Source of the DNA: Eukaryota sp. GEM-RC1
Lineage: Eukaryota
Direction of reading: 5' to 3'
Assembly (NCBI GenBank): GCA_040285855.1
Contig: JAUFOQ010000001.1
Location: 2,976,001-3,040,000 of the forward strand
DNA: 64,000 nt
The translations under genes were made by a program, and so were the position numbers. The number at the start of each line of letters is the position of its first letter. Position 1 is the first letter of the stretch. The notes below the pieces were generated by a model. The model had not been told where the DNA came from, did not search any database, and saw only the letters and a program-made list of their open reading frames with translations. Below, piece by piece: positions 50,292 to 62,751 of this stretch.

Positions 50292-53200
50292 ATGGGTCTC
50301 AATCCCACCGATCGCAGTCTCATCACTGTTTTCTGTCAAAGGTTTTCTCTTGTTCGAATTGAAGTAGCAGAATGGGAGCCGTCACGTTTCATTTACGATG
50401 TCAATGACTCTCTTTTGAGCACAGTTGATTACATCGCCACCCATTCTCATCTTCTGGGACCTTTTGCTCCGCTTTCCTCCCTGTATTCCGTACGATACAA
50501 CATGCAAAGATCAACAAAAGGCAGGTCGCAACTCTTGTAGCCCGCTTACTCTCTCTCATCAATCTCGCTTTCCAAGAGTTAGACTTCAATCCCAGCCGTT
50601 CTCAACCCTCTACACTTCAGCATACCCTTGATTTCTTCCAAGAAGTATGTCGTCAAACAAATGATACGGTCACCCAATTCAATGACGAGAATTGGTTTCA
50701 ACTAGGTTTCAACCGAGACAAGTTTGAGCAGGAATTTGTACTTTGCCACAAACGCCTGAATGACTTGACTCAAGAACTTAACTCTTCATTGTCCTTTACT
50801 CATTATTCTGAGGCAAAAGTCAGATCGATTCTCCACCTAGATGAAGAGGACTTCTATAGTACCGTGAGTAAAGATTGCTTTGACCAGTTAAAAATCATTA
50901 ATGATGAATGCCGCAAAGTTCAAGTTAGGATAGACACCACTACAGATCCTCTACTTGTTGACCAATTAAAGAACAAGTTACACTCTCTGGAAGTCCAACG
51001 CGACTCTCTCTATGCCGCGGAATCTAATGTTCCTGCTGATATTCAGTTTAAGAATCTCATCCCAGAATCAGCAATCATTTTAGAAGATTCATTCTCCAAG
51101 ATTAGTGGCCAATCTGAAATTCTATTTGCTCAATGGATGAACTCTGATGTTGTAATCAAGCTCTATCACGCAGCTGATGACGTGGACCCTTCCTTAGCCA
51201 GAGAATGGGAGATTCTAAGCTCAGTTCCTGATGTTCCTTCACTTCCCAGAGTCTTTGGAGTTACCAGGATTAACAGGAATGGTTCGCTTCGATATGGTTT
51301 GGTTATGGAGAGACTATCTAGGGAAACTTTGGCTCACAAGGTCTCTGAAGATCTCTCCCCTTCAGCTAAACTTCAGATTGTTAGTGGAATTGCCTGTGCA
51401 CTTAATGTATGTCATGACCTCATGTTTCTACATCGGGATCTCAAGCCTGATAATATATTGTTCAGAGGTGATGCTGCGGTTTTGATTGACTGGGGAAGTG
51501 GGAAGAACATTGGAAAGTCTAACATGTCAATGTCAATGAACAGGTTTTTCACAACTAAATGGGCTAGTCCTGAAGCTATTTCTGATCAAACTATTTATAC
51601 TAATGCTATTGATGTGTTCTCGTTTGGTTTGCTTGCAGTGTATATCTTTACTGGTAAAAGTATTTGGCATCATTACTTTAGATTTCCAAATAGTGATGCT
51701 TTAATTATTCAAGCTTTAAAAACTGGAAATATTCCGGTTATTTTTGAATCTGGTGATATTCCTAGTACTTTATTACCTTTAATTAGACAATGTCTTTCAG
51801 TTGATTATACTAAAAGACCAACAATGGCTGAAGTATTTTCAGTTCTTGTTGCGCATGAACAAAGATATCTCCCTGTTCAATGTCTTTCTTTGGAAAACTC
51901 TACTTTATGTGAATATGGTCTATCAATGATCACTGAAGAATATGTCGTAAACAGTCTACCACAAACACGTGTGGAATTATTTGAAACTATTTTAAATTTG
52001 TTGGAACATTGTCATTGTCCAATTCTCATCAAATCATTCCAGAAAGTTATTACTATACTACAAACTCACACTAACTTGACTTCGCAGCATTTAGACCGAA
52101 AATCTGGAGTTTACAACCTTTTACAGGAACGCTTGGATGCTCATTCTAAAATACCTGTTTTTGATATGGAAAGTATCAACTCTCATGACACGTGTCACGA
52201 AGACACTGGTGGTAACCCAAATATCCAACCTGACGTGTATATTGAACCCAATCAATCCAAAACTACTGACGGTAAGGTCTCCTACCCAGTTTTGGATCAG
52301 TCAATTCCAAAACCTAAACACCAGTCTCAAGTATTTTTGAAGTCCAATGTTGTGTTCTTATCTTTACTGTCAGTTGTGTTAGTTCTTGGTGTTTCTTTGG
52401 TACTGATCTTTTTGTTTCCAAATGTCTGATGGTATCCTAATTCGTGGGGAATGGCAAGCAACGTCGTTTTTAGAGGAAAATACTTTAGATGTTTTCAATC
52501 CATTGAATACTTCAATGCAGATAGATGTGCTTGAAACTGCTCTAAATCGAGAACTAATGCATTTCAGGATCTCGACTTCTGCTTCTTATGATGCTGGGTT
52601 ATCAGCATTCGATATCACCTTGACTCGCAAGGATAAGTCTAGATCATTTTATGTTTCGAAAATAGAGTTTGATTATTCTGATGAAGGAGCTGTATTTTAT
52701 TCAAGTAAATGGCTATCATCTCATTCATTTGACTTAATTTCCAGTGGAGATGTTTGTTCTCAGTCTGATGATTTTTCTACTCTTTTGGATGATCAAATTC
52801 TTGAAGTTCTCAAACCTTCCCCTGCTGATGTTTCAACTGATTATTCAATTATATCTGAGACTGATTCTAGTATTAAAATTCTTGGAGTAGTAAGTATAAG
52901 TAAGGGCACTGTCTCCAACCAAGTTTCTGTTAACTTAGAAGTTGATCAATGTAGTCAGTTTGCAGTTCTAGAAGAAGCTAAAGTCAGTGTTGTTGATTAC
53001 TTTGATTCTACTTCAGTCGAAGTCCACTCATTGCAAGATGAAAGTCACGTTTCCAACAAAATCAAGGATCACGTATCTGCTCTCTTCAGCAGTGATTTAA
53101 CTGTTTTTGTTACAAAGGCTGGTCAAGATGAGTATACAGTAGAACTTGAGGTTGATCCGTTATCAGCTTATGTTACTATAACCCCAGTACTAAGTTTAAG

Positions 53201-54227
53201 TCACAAGGGCCAGGAACTCCTCGATGTTTCTGAGTTTCTATCAACTATTACTGTGCCTGAATTCTATGTTGATGACCTTAATGATGAGTCGTTGATTCTC
53301 GACGCCTGTCAATCAGTTTTGATTGATTCCTTCTCTGAAAGTTTGACTGTTCCATTTACTCTTGAGTACGTTGATATCGACAATGTTAATGTTATCCTAC
53401 CATATGAGGATATTAATCTGTCCACACAAGTCTCACTTTCTTCAATTGTATTGACTGAAGCTGGAACTCATTTAAATAACGTGGTTAATCTCCTTAAATC
53501 ACATGACCTTCAACTAACTCAGTGCTACTGTCATTTTGAACTCAAGACTTACTCTGATTTGATCGTAGAATCTATTAGAGATTTTGCGAATGTATTAGAT
53601 TTATTTGTTGAAGTGGAATACTCGGAGCAATCTGTTTTCAATGTTTTGTTGCATATTGGTAGAGCTAACCGTCATACTTCAATTGAATTTTCTACCACCA
53701 AGAGTTGTCCTTTTTCTTTAGCAATTTGTGATAACCTCAAGAGTTTGTATATTCCCGATTACAAATGGATCAATTCACCAGTTTTTAATACTGATTCTAA
53801 AATTGAAAGACTATCCGCTCATTTGTCTTCGTCATTACGATCTCATTCACTTTCTCTAGATTCAGTTGATCATTTAGAAACTGTCGAAAACTCCAGAAAC
53901 GGAAGGTTTTGTCAAAGTAGAGATCATTTTGACATCACAGTTTCCAATGCTAGTTCTGATAGGTATGTTATAATCACCTCCACAATGATGGAAGCAAAGA
54001 CTACTCGACTTGTAATGTTTTGGGTTTGGGGTACTTGTATAACTCTCATTGGTTATGTTGTGATTTTTAGTGTATTTGATGGTCTGTTTCCACGTTGGTT
54101 TTCCAAAGAGAAAACTGAGGAACATAAGGATGATCATGAATTTACTTGGCTCATAGTCCCTTTGGGGTTTGGGATCTCTGCATACGTGGCATATGAATGG
54201 CTCTCTAGACATTACTGTAGTCAGTAG
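50292..54227 (+). CDS. MLKL-like 4HB + protein kinase + TM + repeat ectodomain + 2 TM (copy 1; frameshifts near 50473 and 52418)
   Basis: VVIK, HRDLKPDN, DWG, WASPE, DVFSFG and RPT motifs; hydrophobic segments; collinear with copy 2. Confidence 0.85.
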
Positions 54228-54860
54228 ACAGTATTTTCAGTATGCTACCACACTTACTTTGTGTTTAGTATATTGCAAATTTTTGAATACAATAACTCAC
54301 AATTGTGGATGAATACAGTGAATTAATATTTATCTTTGATAGTATAACCTGTTTTAGACTATATCAATACGCAATCATGTACAGTCTACCCTCCCATTTA
54401 GGTAAAATTTTCACTGCCTACTTTTTGTCGTGTCCTTTTTGATTCTGGTGCCCTTGCCATTGCACTACAGTTCTTAACATAAACTCAGTGTTATCAATTT
54501 TCAGAAATGCGCCAAATGCGTCAAACTAGAAGACACTAAAGTATCTGAACTAAACTCCACCTGACTAGAATCAAACAATGTAGCTAAAATAGAATTAAAT
54601 AAGTCTGAATATGTTTTATACATACATAACGGCTTCACCACGCTTTCTCACGTAGTCGATTAACACATACAGCACTCTGACTCGATGTTATACGTTTAGT
54701 AATCTCACTATTGTAATTAGCCTAGGTCAAACTACAGTTATGGAGTGGGAATACTTCACGGGTATAGTCTTGAAGCGTACTAATTAAAAACAATACAATT
54801 AAACAAAAACACACTTCGCATATTTATGTACACCAAAAAAATAATAAACAAAAAGACTGT

Positions 54861-57800
54861 CTACGTACTGCAGTAATATCTTAGAAGTAATTCATAGGCC
54901 ACGAATACGGGAACTACTATAGCAAGAGGGAACATGAGCAAAGCAAAAGCCGCAGCTTCCGGTTTGTCCTTAGCTTTCTCGTCAGGGAACCAGTGCTCAT
55001 ATAACAAACCACATATCATTAAAATCACAAAAGCACCAATGAGAGTAATGCAAAAACCCCAAACCCAAAACATCACGAGTCTAGTGATCTTTGATTCTAA
55101 TAATGTGGAAGTGATTATGACATACCTATCATAACTAGCACTGGAAACGATGATGTCAAAATGATCTCTACTTTGACAGAACCTGCCGTTTCTGGAGTTT
55201 TCGACAGTTTCTAAATAATCTACTGAATCTAGAAAAAGTGAATAAGATTGTAATTTCGAAGGTAAATGAGCGGATAGACTTTCAATTTTAGAATCACTAT
55301 TTAAAATTGGTAAAGTCGACCATTTGTAATCGGGGATATACAAACTCTTGAGGTCATCACAAATTGCTAAAGAAAAAGGACAACTCTTGGTGGTAGAAAA
55401 TTCAATTAAAGTATGACGTTTAGCTGTGTCAAGTTGCAATGAAACTTTGAAAACAGAGTGCTCTAAGTATTCCACTTCAACAATTAAAGTAGATAGATCT
55501 GCAAGATCTCTAATAGATTCTTTGATGAAATCAGAGTAATTCTTGAGTTCAAAATGACAGTAACATTGAGTTAGTTGAAGGTCATGTGAAGTAAGCAGAT
55601 TAACCACGTTATTTAAATGAGTTCCAGCTTCAGTCAATACAATTGAAGTAAATGAGACTGGTGTAGACAGATTAATATCCTCATATGGTAGGATAACATT
55701 AACATTGTCGATATCAACGTACTCAAGAGTAAATGGAACAGTCAAACTTTCAGAGAAGGAATCAATCAAAACTAATTGACATGCGTCGAGGATCAACGAC
55801 TCATCATTGAAGTCATCAACAGAGAATTCAGGCACAGTAATAGTTGATAGAAACTCAGAAACATCGAGGAGTTCCTGGCCCTTGTGACTTAAACTTAGTA
55901 CTGGGGTTATAGTAACATAAGCTGATAACGGATCAACCTCAAGTTCTACTGTATACTCATCTTGACCAGCCTTTGTAACAAAAACAGTCAAATCACTGCT
56001 GATGAGAGCAGATACGTGATCCTTGATTTTGTTGGAAACGTGACTTTCATCTTGCAAGGAGTGGACTTCAACTGTAGTGGAATCAAAGTAATCAACAACA
56101 CTGACTTTAGCTTCTTCTAGCACTGCAAACTGGCTACATTGATCAACTTCTAAGTTAACAGAGACTTGATTGGAGACGGTGCCCTTACTTATAGTTACTA
56201 CGCCAAGAATTTTAATACTAGAGTCAGTCTCAGAAATAATTGAATAATCAGTTGAAACATCAGCAGGGGAAGGTTTAAGAACTTCAAGAATTTGATCATT
56301 TAAAAGAGTAGAAAAGTCATCAGACTGAGAACAAACATCTCCACTGGAAATTAAGTCAAATGAATGAGATGATAGCCACTTACTTGAATAGAATACAGCT
56401 CCTTCATCAGAATAATCAAACTCTATTTTCGAAACATAAAATGATCTAGACTTATCCTTGCGAGTCAAGGTGATATCGAATGCTGATAACCCAGCATCAT
56501 AAGAAGCAGAAGTCGAGATCCTGAAATGCATTAGTTCTCGATTTAGAGCAGTTTCAAGCACATCTATCTGCATTGAAGTATTCAATGGATTGAAAACATC
56601 TAAAGTATTTTCCTCTAAAAACGACGTTGCTTGCCATTCCCCACGAATTAGGATACCATCAGACATTTGAAACAAAAAGATCAGTACCAAAGAAACAACA
56701 AGAACTAACACAACTGACAGTAAAGATAAGAACACAACATTGGGCTTTAAAGGAACTTGAGATTGATATTTAGGTTTTGGAATCAACCTATCCAAATCTT
56801 CGTAGGGTGTTTCAATATTAGTTGTTTCGTAATAACTCGGTTCAATATACACGTCAGGTTGGATATTTGGGTTAGCACCAGTGTCTACGTGACACGTGTC
56901 ATGAGAGGACATACTTTCCATATTAAAAACAGGTATTTTAGAATGAGCATCCAAGCGATCCTGTAAAAGGTTGTAAACTCCACTTTTTCTGTCTAAATGC
57001 TGCGAAGTCAAGTTAGTGTGAGTTTGTAGTATAGTAATAACTTTCTGGAATGATTTGATGAGAATTGGACAATGACAATGTTCCAACAAATTTAAAATAG
57101 TTTCAAATAATTCCACACGTGTTTGTGGTAGACTGTTTACGACATATTCTTCAGTGATCATTGATAGACCATATTCACATAAAGTAGAGTTTTCCAAAGA
57201 AAGACATTGAACAGGGAGATATCTTTGTTCATGCGCAACAAGAACTGAAAATACTTCAGCCATTGTTGGTCTTTTAGTATAATCAACTGAAAGACATTGT
57301 CTAATTAAAGGTAATAAAGTACTAGGAATATCACCAGATTCAAAAATAACCGGAATATTTCCAGTTTTTAAAGCTTGAATAATTAAAGCATCACTATTTG
57401 GAAATCTAAAGTAATGATGCCAAATACTTTTACCAGTAAAGATATACACTGCAAGCAAACCAAACGAGAACACATCAATAGCATTAGTATAAATAGTTTG
57501 ATCAGAAATAGCTTCAGGACTAGCCCATTTAGTTGTGAAAAACCTGTTCATTGACATTGACATGTTAGACTTTCCAATGTTCTTCCCACTTCCCCAGTCA
57601 ATCAAAACCGCAGCATCACCTCTGAACAATATATTATCAGGCTTGAGATCCCGATGTAGAAACATGAGGTCATGACATACATTAAGTGCACAGGCAATTC
57701 CACTAACAATCTGAAGTTTAGCTGAAGGGGAGAGATCTTCAGAGACCTTGTGAGCCAAAGTTTCCCTAGATAGTCTCTCCATAACCAAACCATATCGAAG

Positions 57801-58795
57801 CGAACCATTCCTGTTAATCCTGGTAACTCCAAAGACTCTGGGAAGTGAAGGAACATCAGGAACTGAGCTTAGAATCTCCCATTCTCTGGCTAAGGAAGGG
57901 TCCACGTCATCAGCTGCGTGATAGAGCTTGATTACAACATCAGAGTTCATCCATTGAGCAAATAGAATTTCAGATTGGCCACTAATCTTGGAGAATGAAT
58001 CTTCTAAAATGATTGCTGATTCTGGGATGAGATTCTTAAACTGAATATCAGCAGGAACATTAGATTCCGCGGCATAGAGAGAGTCGCGTTGGACTTCCAG
58101 AGAGTGTAACTTGTTCTTTAATTGGTCAACAAGTAGAGGATCTGTAGTGGTGTCTATCCTAACCTGAACTTTGCGGCATTCATCATTAATGATTTTTAAC
58201 TGGTCAAAGCAATCTTTACTCACGGTACTATGGAAGTCCTCTTCATCTAGCTGAAGAATTGATCTGACTTTTGCCTCAGAATAATGAGTAAAAGACAATG
58301 AAGAGTTAAGTTCTTGAGTCAAGTCATTCAGGCGTTGGTGGCAAAGTACAAATTCCTGCTCAAACTGGTCTCGGTTGAAACCTAGTTGAAACCAATTCTC
58401 GTCATTGAATTGGGTGACCGTATCATTTGTTTGACGACATACTTCTTGGAAGAAATCAAGGGTATGCTGAAGTGTAGAGGGTTGAGAACGGCTGGGATTG
58501 AAGTCTAACTCTTGGAAAGCGAGATTGATGAGAGAGAGTAAGCGGGCTACAAGAGTTGCGACCTGCCTTTTGTTGATCTTTGCATGTTGTATCGTACGGA
58601 ATACAGGGAGGAAAGCGGAGCAAAAGGTCCCAGAAGATGAGAATGGGTGGCGATGTAATCAACTGTGCTCAAAAGAGAGTCATTGACATCGTAAATGAAA
58701 CGTGACGGCTCCCATTCTGCTACTTCAATTCGAACAAGAGAAAACCTTTGACAGAAAACAGTGATGAGACTGCGATCGGTGGGATTTAGACCCAT
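54861..58795 (-). CDS. MLKL-like 4HB + protein kinase + TM + repeat ectodomain + 2 TM (copy 2; frameshift near 58613)
   Basis: The 1153-aa ORF frame is open upstream to about 58655; the ATG-bearing 5' segment 58547..58795 is in another frame. Confidence 0.88.
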
Positions 58796-59526
58796 TGATC
58801 CTATTTTAGGGGAACAAGATTTTGACCTTTTTATACCATCATCATCAAAGTCAATGAATTCATCACTCTTTTTTTGGTTAAGAGTGGATCTATTTCGTTG
58901 CGAGTGAATGATGTTGAGGATGCAAGGAGTGCGTTGATCTTGTTGTTGTTGTTGATCTCTTTTGCTATTGGTTCCAAATGCATCATCTGACCAAAATGTT
59001 TTGATTTAGAGAACTTCTAGAATTATCTCTATAGCGATCAATTACCTACATAAGATCAGATCTTGGATAGAAAAGTAGCACGATAATGACCTTTGTTGAC
59101 CTTTTTGTTGCGTCCGGACTCCAACAATGATTTCATTAACTTTATTCAGCACCCAACTAGTAACAGTGAAACAAAAATGTGAATTGGTAAAAACAAATAA
59201 AATACTGAAACTTAATCCAAACATCTTCAGTTTTGTGATACCTTGATATGGATGAAAGAAGGTAAACGGTGTTTAACAATGGAAATTATCCTACTTGAGA
59301 CAATACAATTACCTTTGGCTAAAACATGTCTGGTAAATATTACGGTTTTCGACTCCTAGTCAGAATTTCAATTTCTTACACTGATGAACTTTTCTGGGTG
59401 AGAAGAAGAGGATCTTTCAGTCGTAAAAGATTCAATGGTCAACACCTATGGTGAACTAAAGTCTGGTGAAAATATTTGTGTGGTGACGAACAAGTCCAGA
59501 TCAAAAAGTTCATTATTACTTATTGT

Positions 59527-60128
59527 TAGTGTTGCACGAGACGTCTCTTGTCTCAAGAGACGTCCGCGTCTCCGTCTCCCGTCTCTACAACATTACGTCT
59601 CAGAGACGTCTCCACGTCTCCGTCTTCTAACATTGATACTTGCTTTAACAAACGTAATAATGTCATCATTATAAGTCAAAACAAATAGATTTATTCAGAA
59701 ACTCATCAAAAACTGAATTAAAAACTAACAAATCGATGGATGAGCACCTTTGGATGAAATAAATTTAGAATTACATTTCAAGACCTTCAAGAAGAGGTTC
59801 AAATACCATTTGTTCACCACCACTTCCGTTTTCACTAACGGCTAGGTCAATGTCTTGTTCTTCAATAACAACAATGTCTTCTGCTTCTTCCATTTCTTCC
59901 ACTATATCGTCGATAGCTTCTCTCATAAGACATTCTTGAAATAACTGTAACAAAATCTCTTAAGTTGATGCCTGGTTCAGTCATAAAAATGAAAGAAAAG
60001 AGGAGAGAGACGTTGTGTGAAAAGTAAAAAGATGTAAACACCAAAAAACGCGTCTCGGAAACGTCTCAGGAGACGCACGTCTCCGAGACGCGTCTCGGCC
60101 AGTAAATTACACGTCTCGTGCAACACTA
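59527..60128. mobile_element. hAT-type MITE, 602 bp
   Basis: TIRs TAGTGTTGCACGAGACGT; perfect TSD CTTATTGT; CGTCTC/GAGACG arrays. Confidence 0.95.
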
Positions 60129-60169
60129 CTTATTGTTCACCCTGTTGTTACTCACTTGATATCAACTTT

Positions 60170-62751
60170 ATGAGTTATCCAGCTTCTATAGTAATCCAAA
60201 ATGTAGAACTCAATATAGAACTACACAGTACCAGTCCTTTATCTACTTCTGGATGTTTATCTGTTGTCAATACTGGTACGAATTCCCACCTCTTCCTTAT
60301 TGGTTATGAAGGCTCTTATAAGTTTTCTATTCCTATAAGCAGCGTCTCTGTTCAACCAGATGAGAACAAAATATCCTTTCCAAAGGGCCAATCTCTTCTG
60401 TCACTCTACCCAACTCTTTCAATAGCTCTCTGAAAGTTTTCCAGTCAGGCATTCTTCCTAACTTATCCTCTTCAACTCAACCTTCATGTGACATTCCCCC
60501 TTCAGAGCTACAGGAACTCTATGTCTTGCATACTGAGCGTAAGGCAACACCAAAATCTCCTTCTCTTCCATCATCACCTCCATCTTCACCCACATCTTCT
60601 CTCTTCAAAACAGCCACGCCAAAGATGAAAAAGGCTTCTGTTGGAGTTCTTTCTCCTACTCAAAGAACCTTAGACACACACATAAGTATTAGGACAAGTC
60701 CAACTACCCCTACTACGTATAGATCTTCTTCCACTAAACTGCGGAGTACCAAATCTTTGTCCAATGACTTTAAAGCTTCCTATGCTCCAGAATATCAACG
60801 AAGTGAACCTGTAAAGACAAGAAGTAAGGTAAAAGAAGTTAGAGAAAAGGGTTTACTTAATGAGAATAATAATTGTTATTTAAATTCATGTTTGACGGCG
60901 TTATTCTCGTCAACTACTTTTTTAAAGTATTTCAAACAAGATTATCATTATTGGAGGACAAAATCACAGAAGCTTCCACCCCTGTTCTCATCAATATTTT
61001 CAGGAAATTTAAATTTTGAAGCTGTGGAAAAGCAACAAATCAACTTCAACACAATTCAGGTCGCTATTTCTAGTTATAATCGTGATTTTGCAAAATCATC
61101 AGGCTTTCAACAAGATGTTCACGACTTCTTCATTTCCCTATGCGACAATCTCGACGCTGAAATCAGAAACTTTTTCGATAAAATTCCTTCAGAAATAGCG
61201 AATGATTACAAGGAAACCCCTTTCAAAGAATCCGTGGTGGCTTGCAACGGTTGGCGTCATTCCTTTGTAACCAACACTTTCGATCACACACTCTCTACTA
61301 CTCTCAAGTGTAAAGTGTGCCAAGAGTCTCAGCAAGTTCTCTGCACTAACAGAGAGCTTCTTCTACCAACTCCCACGTCCCAAGACGATCATTTGACTAA
61401 ATTGATCGCCAAATACCTATCAACTTCCAATGTTAACAGACGCTGCACCATGTGTGAAGCAGAGGAATCTGTTAGCTCAAAGGTATTGGATTCACTCCCA
61501 AGGTTGTTGTGCATTTGTATAAGAAGATATAATCATATAGAAAAGGTTTCAAGAGAAGTCTTTATTCCGACAGAACTAGATTTGTCAGAGTTTTCTGCTC
61601 GCAATGCTTCGATAGCTCCAGTACCTACCTTTAACATCAACCTTCCTGATGATGATGCTATATTGAAGGCCCAAGCTGATAGAGTTGCAAGTCCTACAAT
61701 CGCTCAATCACGATTGCCTAGTACAGGAAACTTGCTTATTCCAGGGACCCAGTTCACAAGGCTTAGAAAGGGGTTACCCGGGGGTGGACGTGGGGATGGG
61801 AGCAGAGGACGTGGCAGGAAGTCTAAAGATAAGAAAGACCTGGATCCAAACCAGTCCAAAGTTACTAGCTTTTTTCCTAAGCGAGGTCCCAGGCCAACAA
61901 CTGAGTTTAAATATCCTTATAGTATCTATAAGAAACAAACTGGATCTATCCTTGAGGAACTTGAAGCTGACCAACGATTGGCTGATAGAAAGGACAAGTT
62001 TAGACCCCGGGGTCCTTCACCCCCTCGAAAAAAGACTAAGAAAGAACCTATTCCTGATTTGGATGAAGATGATCTTCAAGTGTTTAGTGCGTATGATATG
62101 AAGGATGCAGCTCCTGTTAATACCAGAATTGATAGGTATGGTGCTGTTTTGAAGCAGGCTAAGGCGGTTAAAGAGAATCCACAAGTGAAACAAGAACCAT
62201 ATGATTTTGAGCGGCCTTCTAATCGGTCACCTTCCCCTTATGAATCTGATGACGTGGATGAGCCGATTGTCCCATCACATCAGCCATCACATCAACCACC
62301 ACCTCAGCCATCACATCAACATGATGACGTGGATGACTTGTTTGATTCTCCAATCCATTCTTTTGATCTTCCCGATGACGAAACTTTGGTAGAACCAGAT
62401 GATGACTTTGACTTAAGTGTTGAACCCACACCTGATAGATCTTCTCTAGTTGAACCTGTTCCACCAAAGATTGAAACAACACCACGTGTATCACGACCCA
62501 TACCAATCTCTACGGTAGTTGATGAACCAAAGTCTTCGTTTATTTACAATTTAACTGCAGTTATTTGTCATCAGGGAAGTAAGATAGCTTCTGGACATTA
62601 TTACGTTTATATACGGAAGAATGTTAAGAAATCTGATTGGCTTTTGTTTAATGATCTTACGACTGGTGTTGAGTCTGTAACTGAAGAGTTTGTATTGAAT
62701 GATATTAAGAAGGTGGGGTATATGATGTTCTATCAAAATGAAGTGGCGTAG
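60170..62751 (+). CDS. ubiquitin-specific protease (USP26/29/37-like), -1 frameshift near 60380-60388
   Basis: Cys box GLLNENNNCYLNS, QQDVHDF, two CxxC, His box AVICHQG...SGHY...FND; large low-complexity insert; beta-rich N-terminus (PH-like by inference). Confidence 0.9.
62272..62322 (+). repeat. short coding repeat CCATCACATCA(G/A) (PSHQ x3)
   Basis: Seen directly in the USP insert. Confidence 0.7.

Larger units (their letters stand above)
50276..58811. repeat. ~3.95-kb inverted segmental duplication with a ~630-bp spacer
   Basis: 50276-54235 matches the reverse complement of 54853-58811. Confidence 0.97.
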
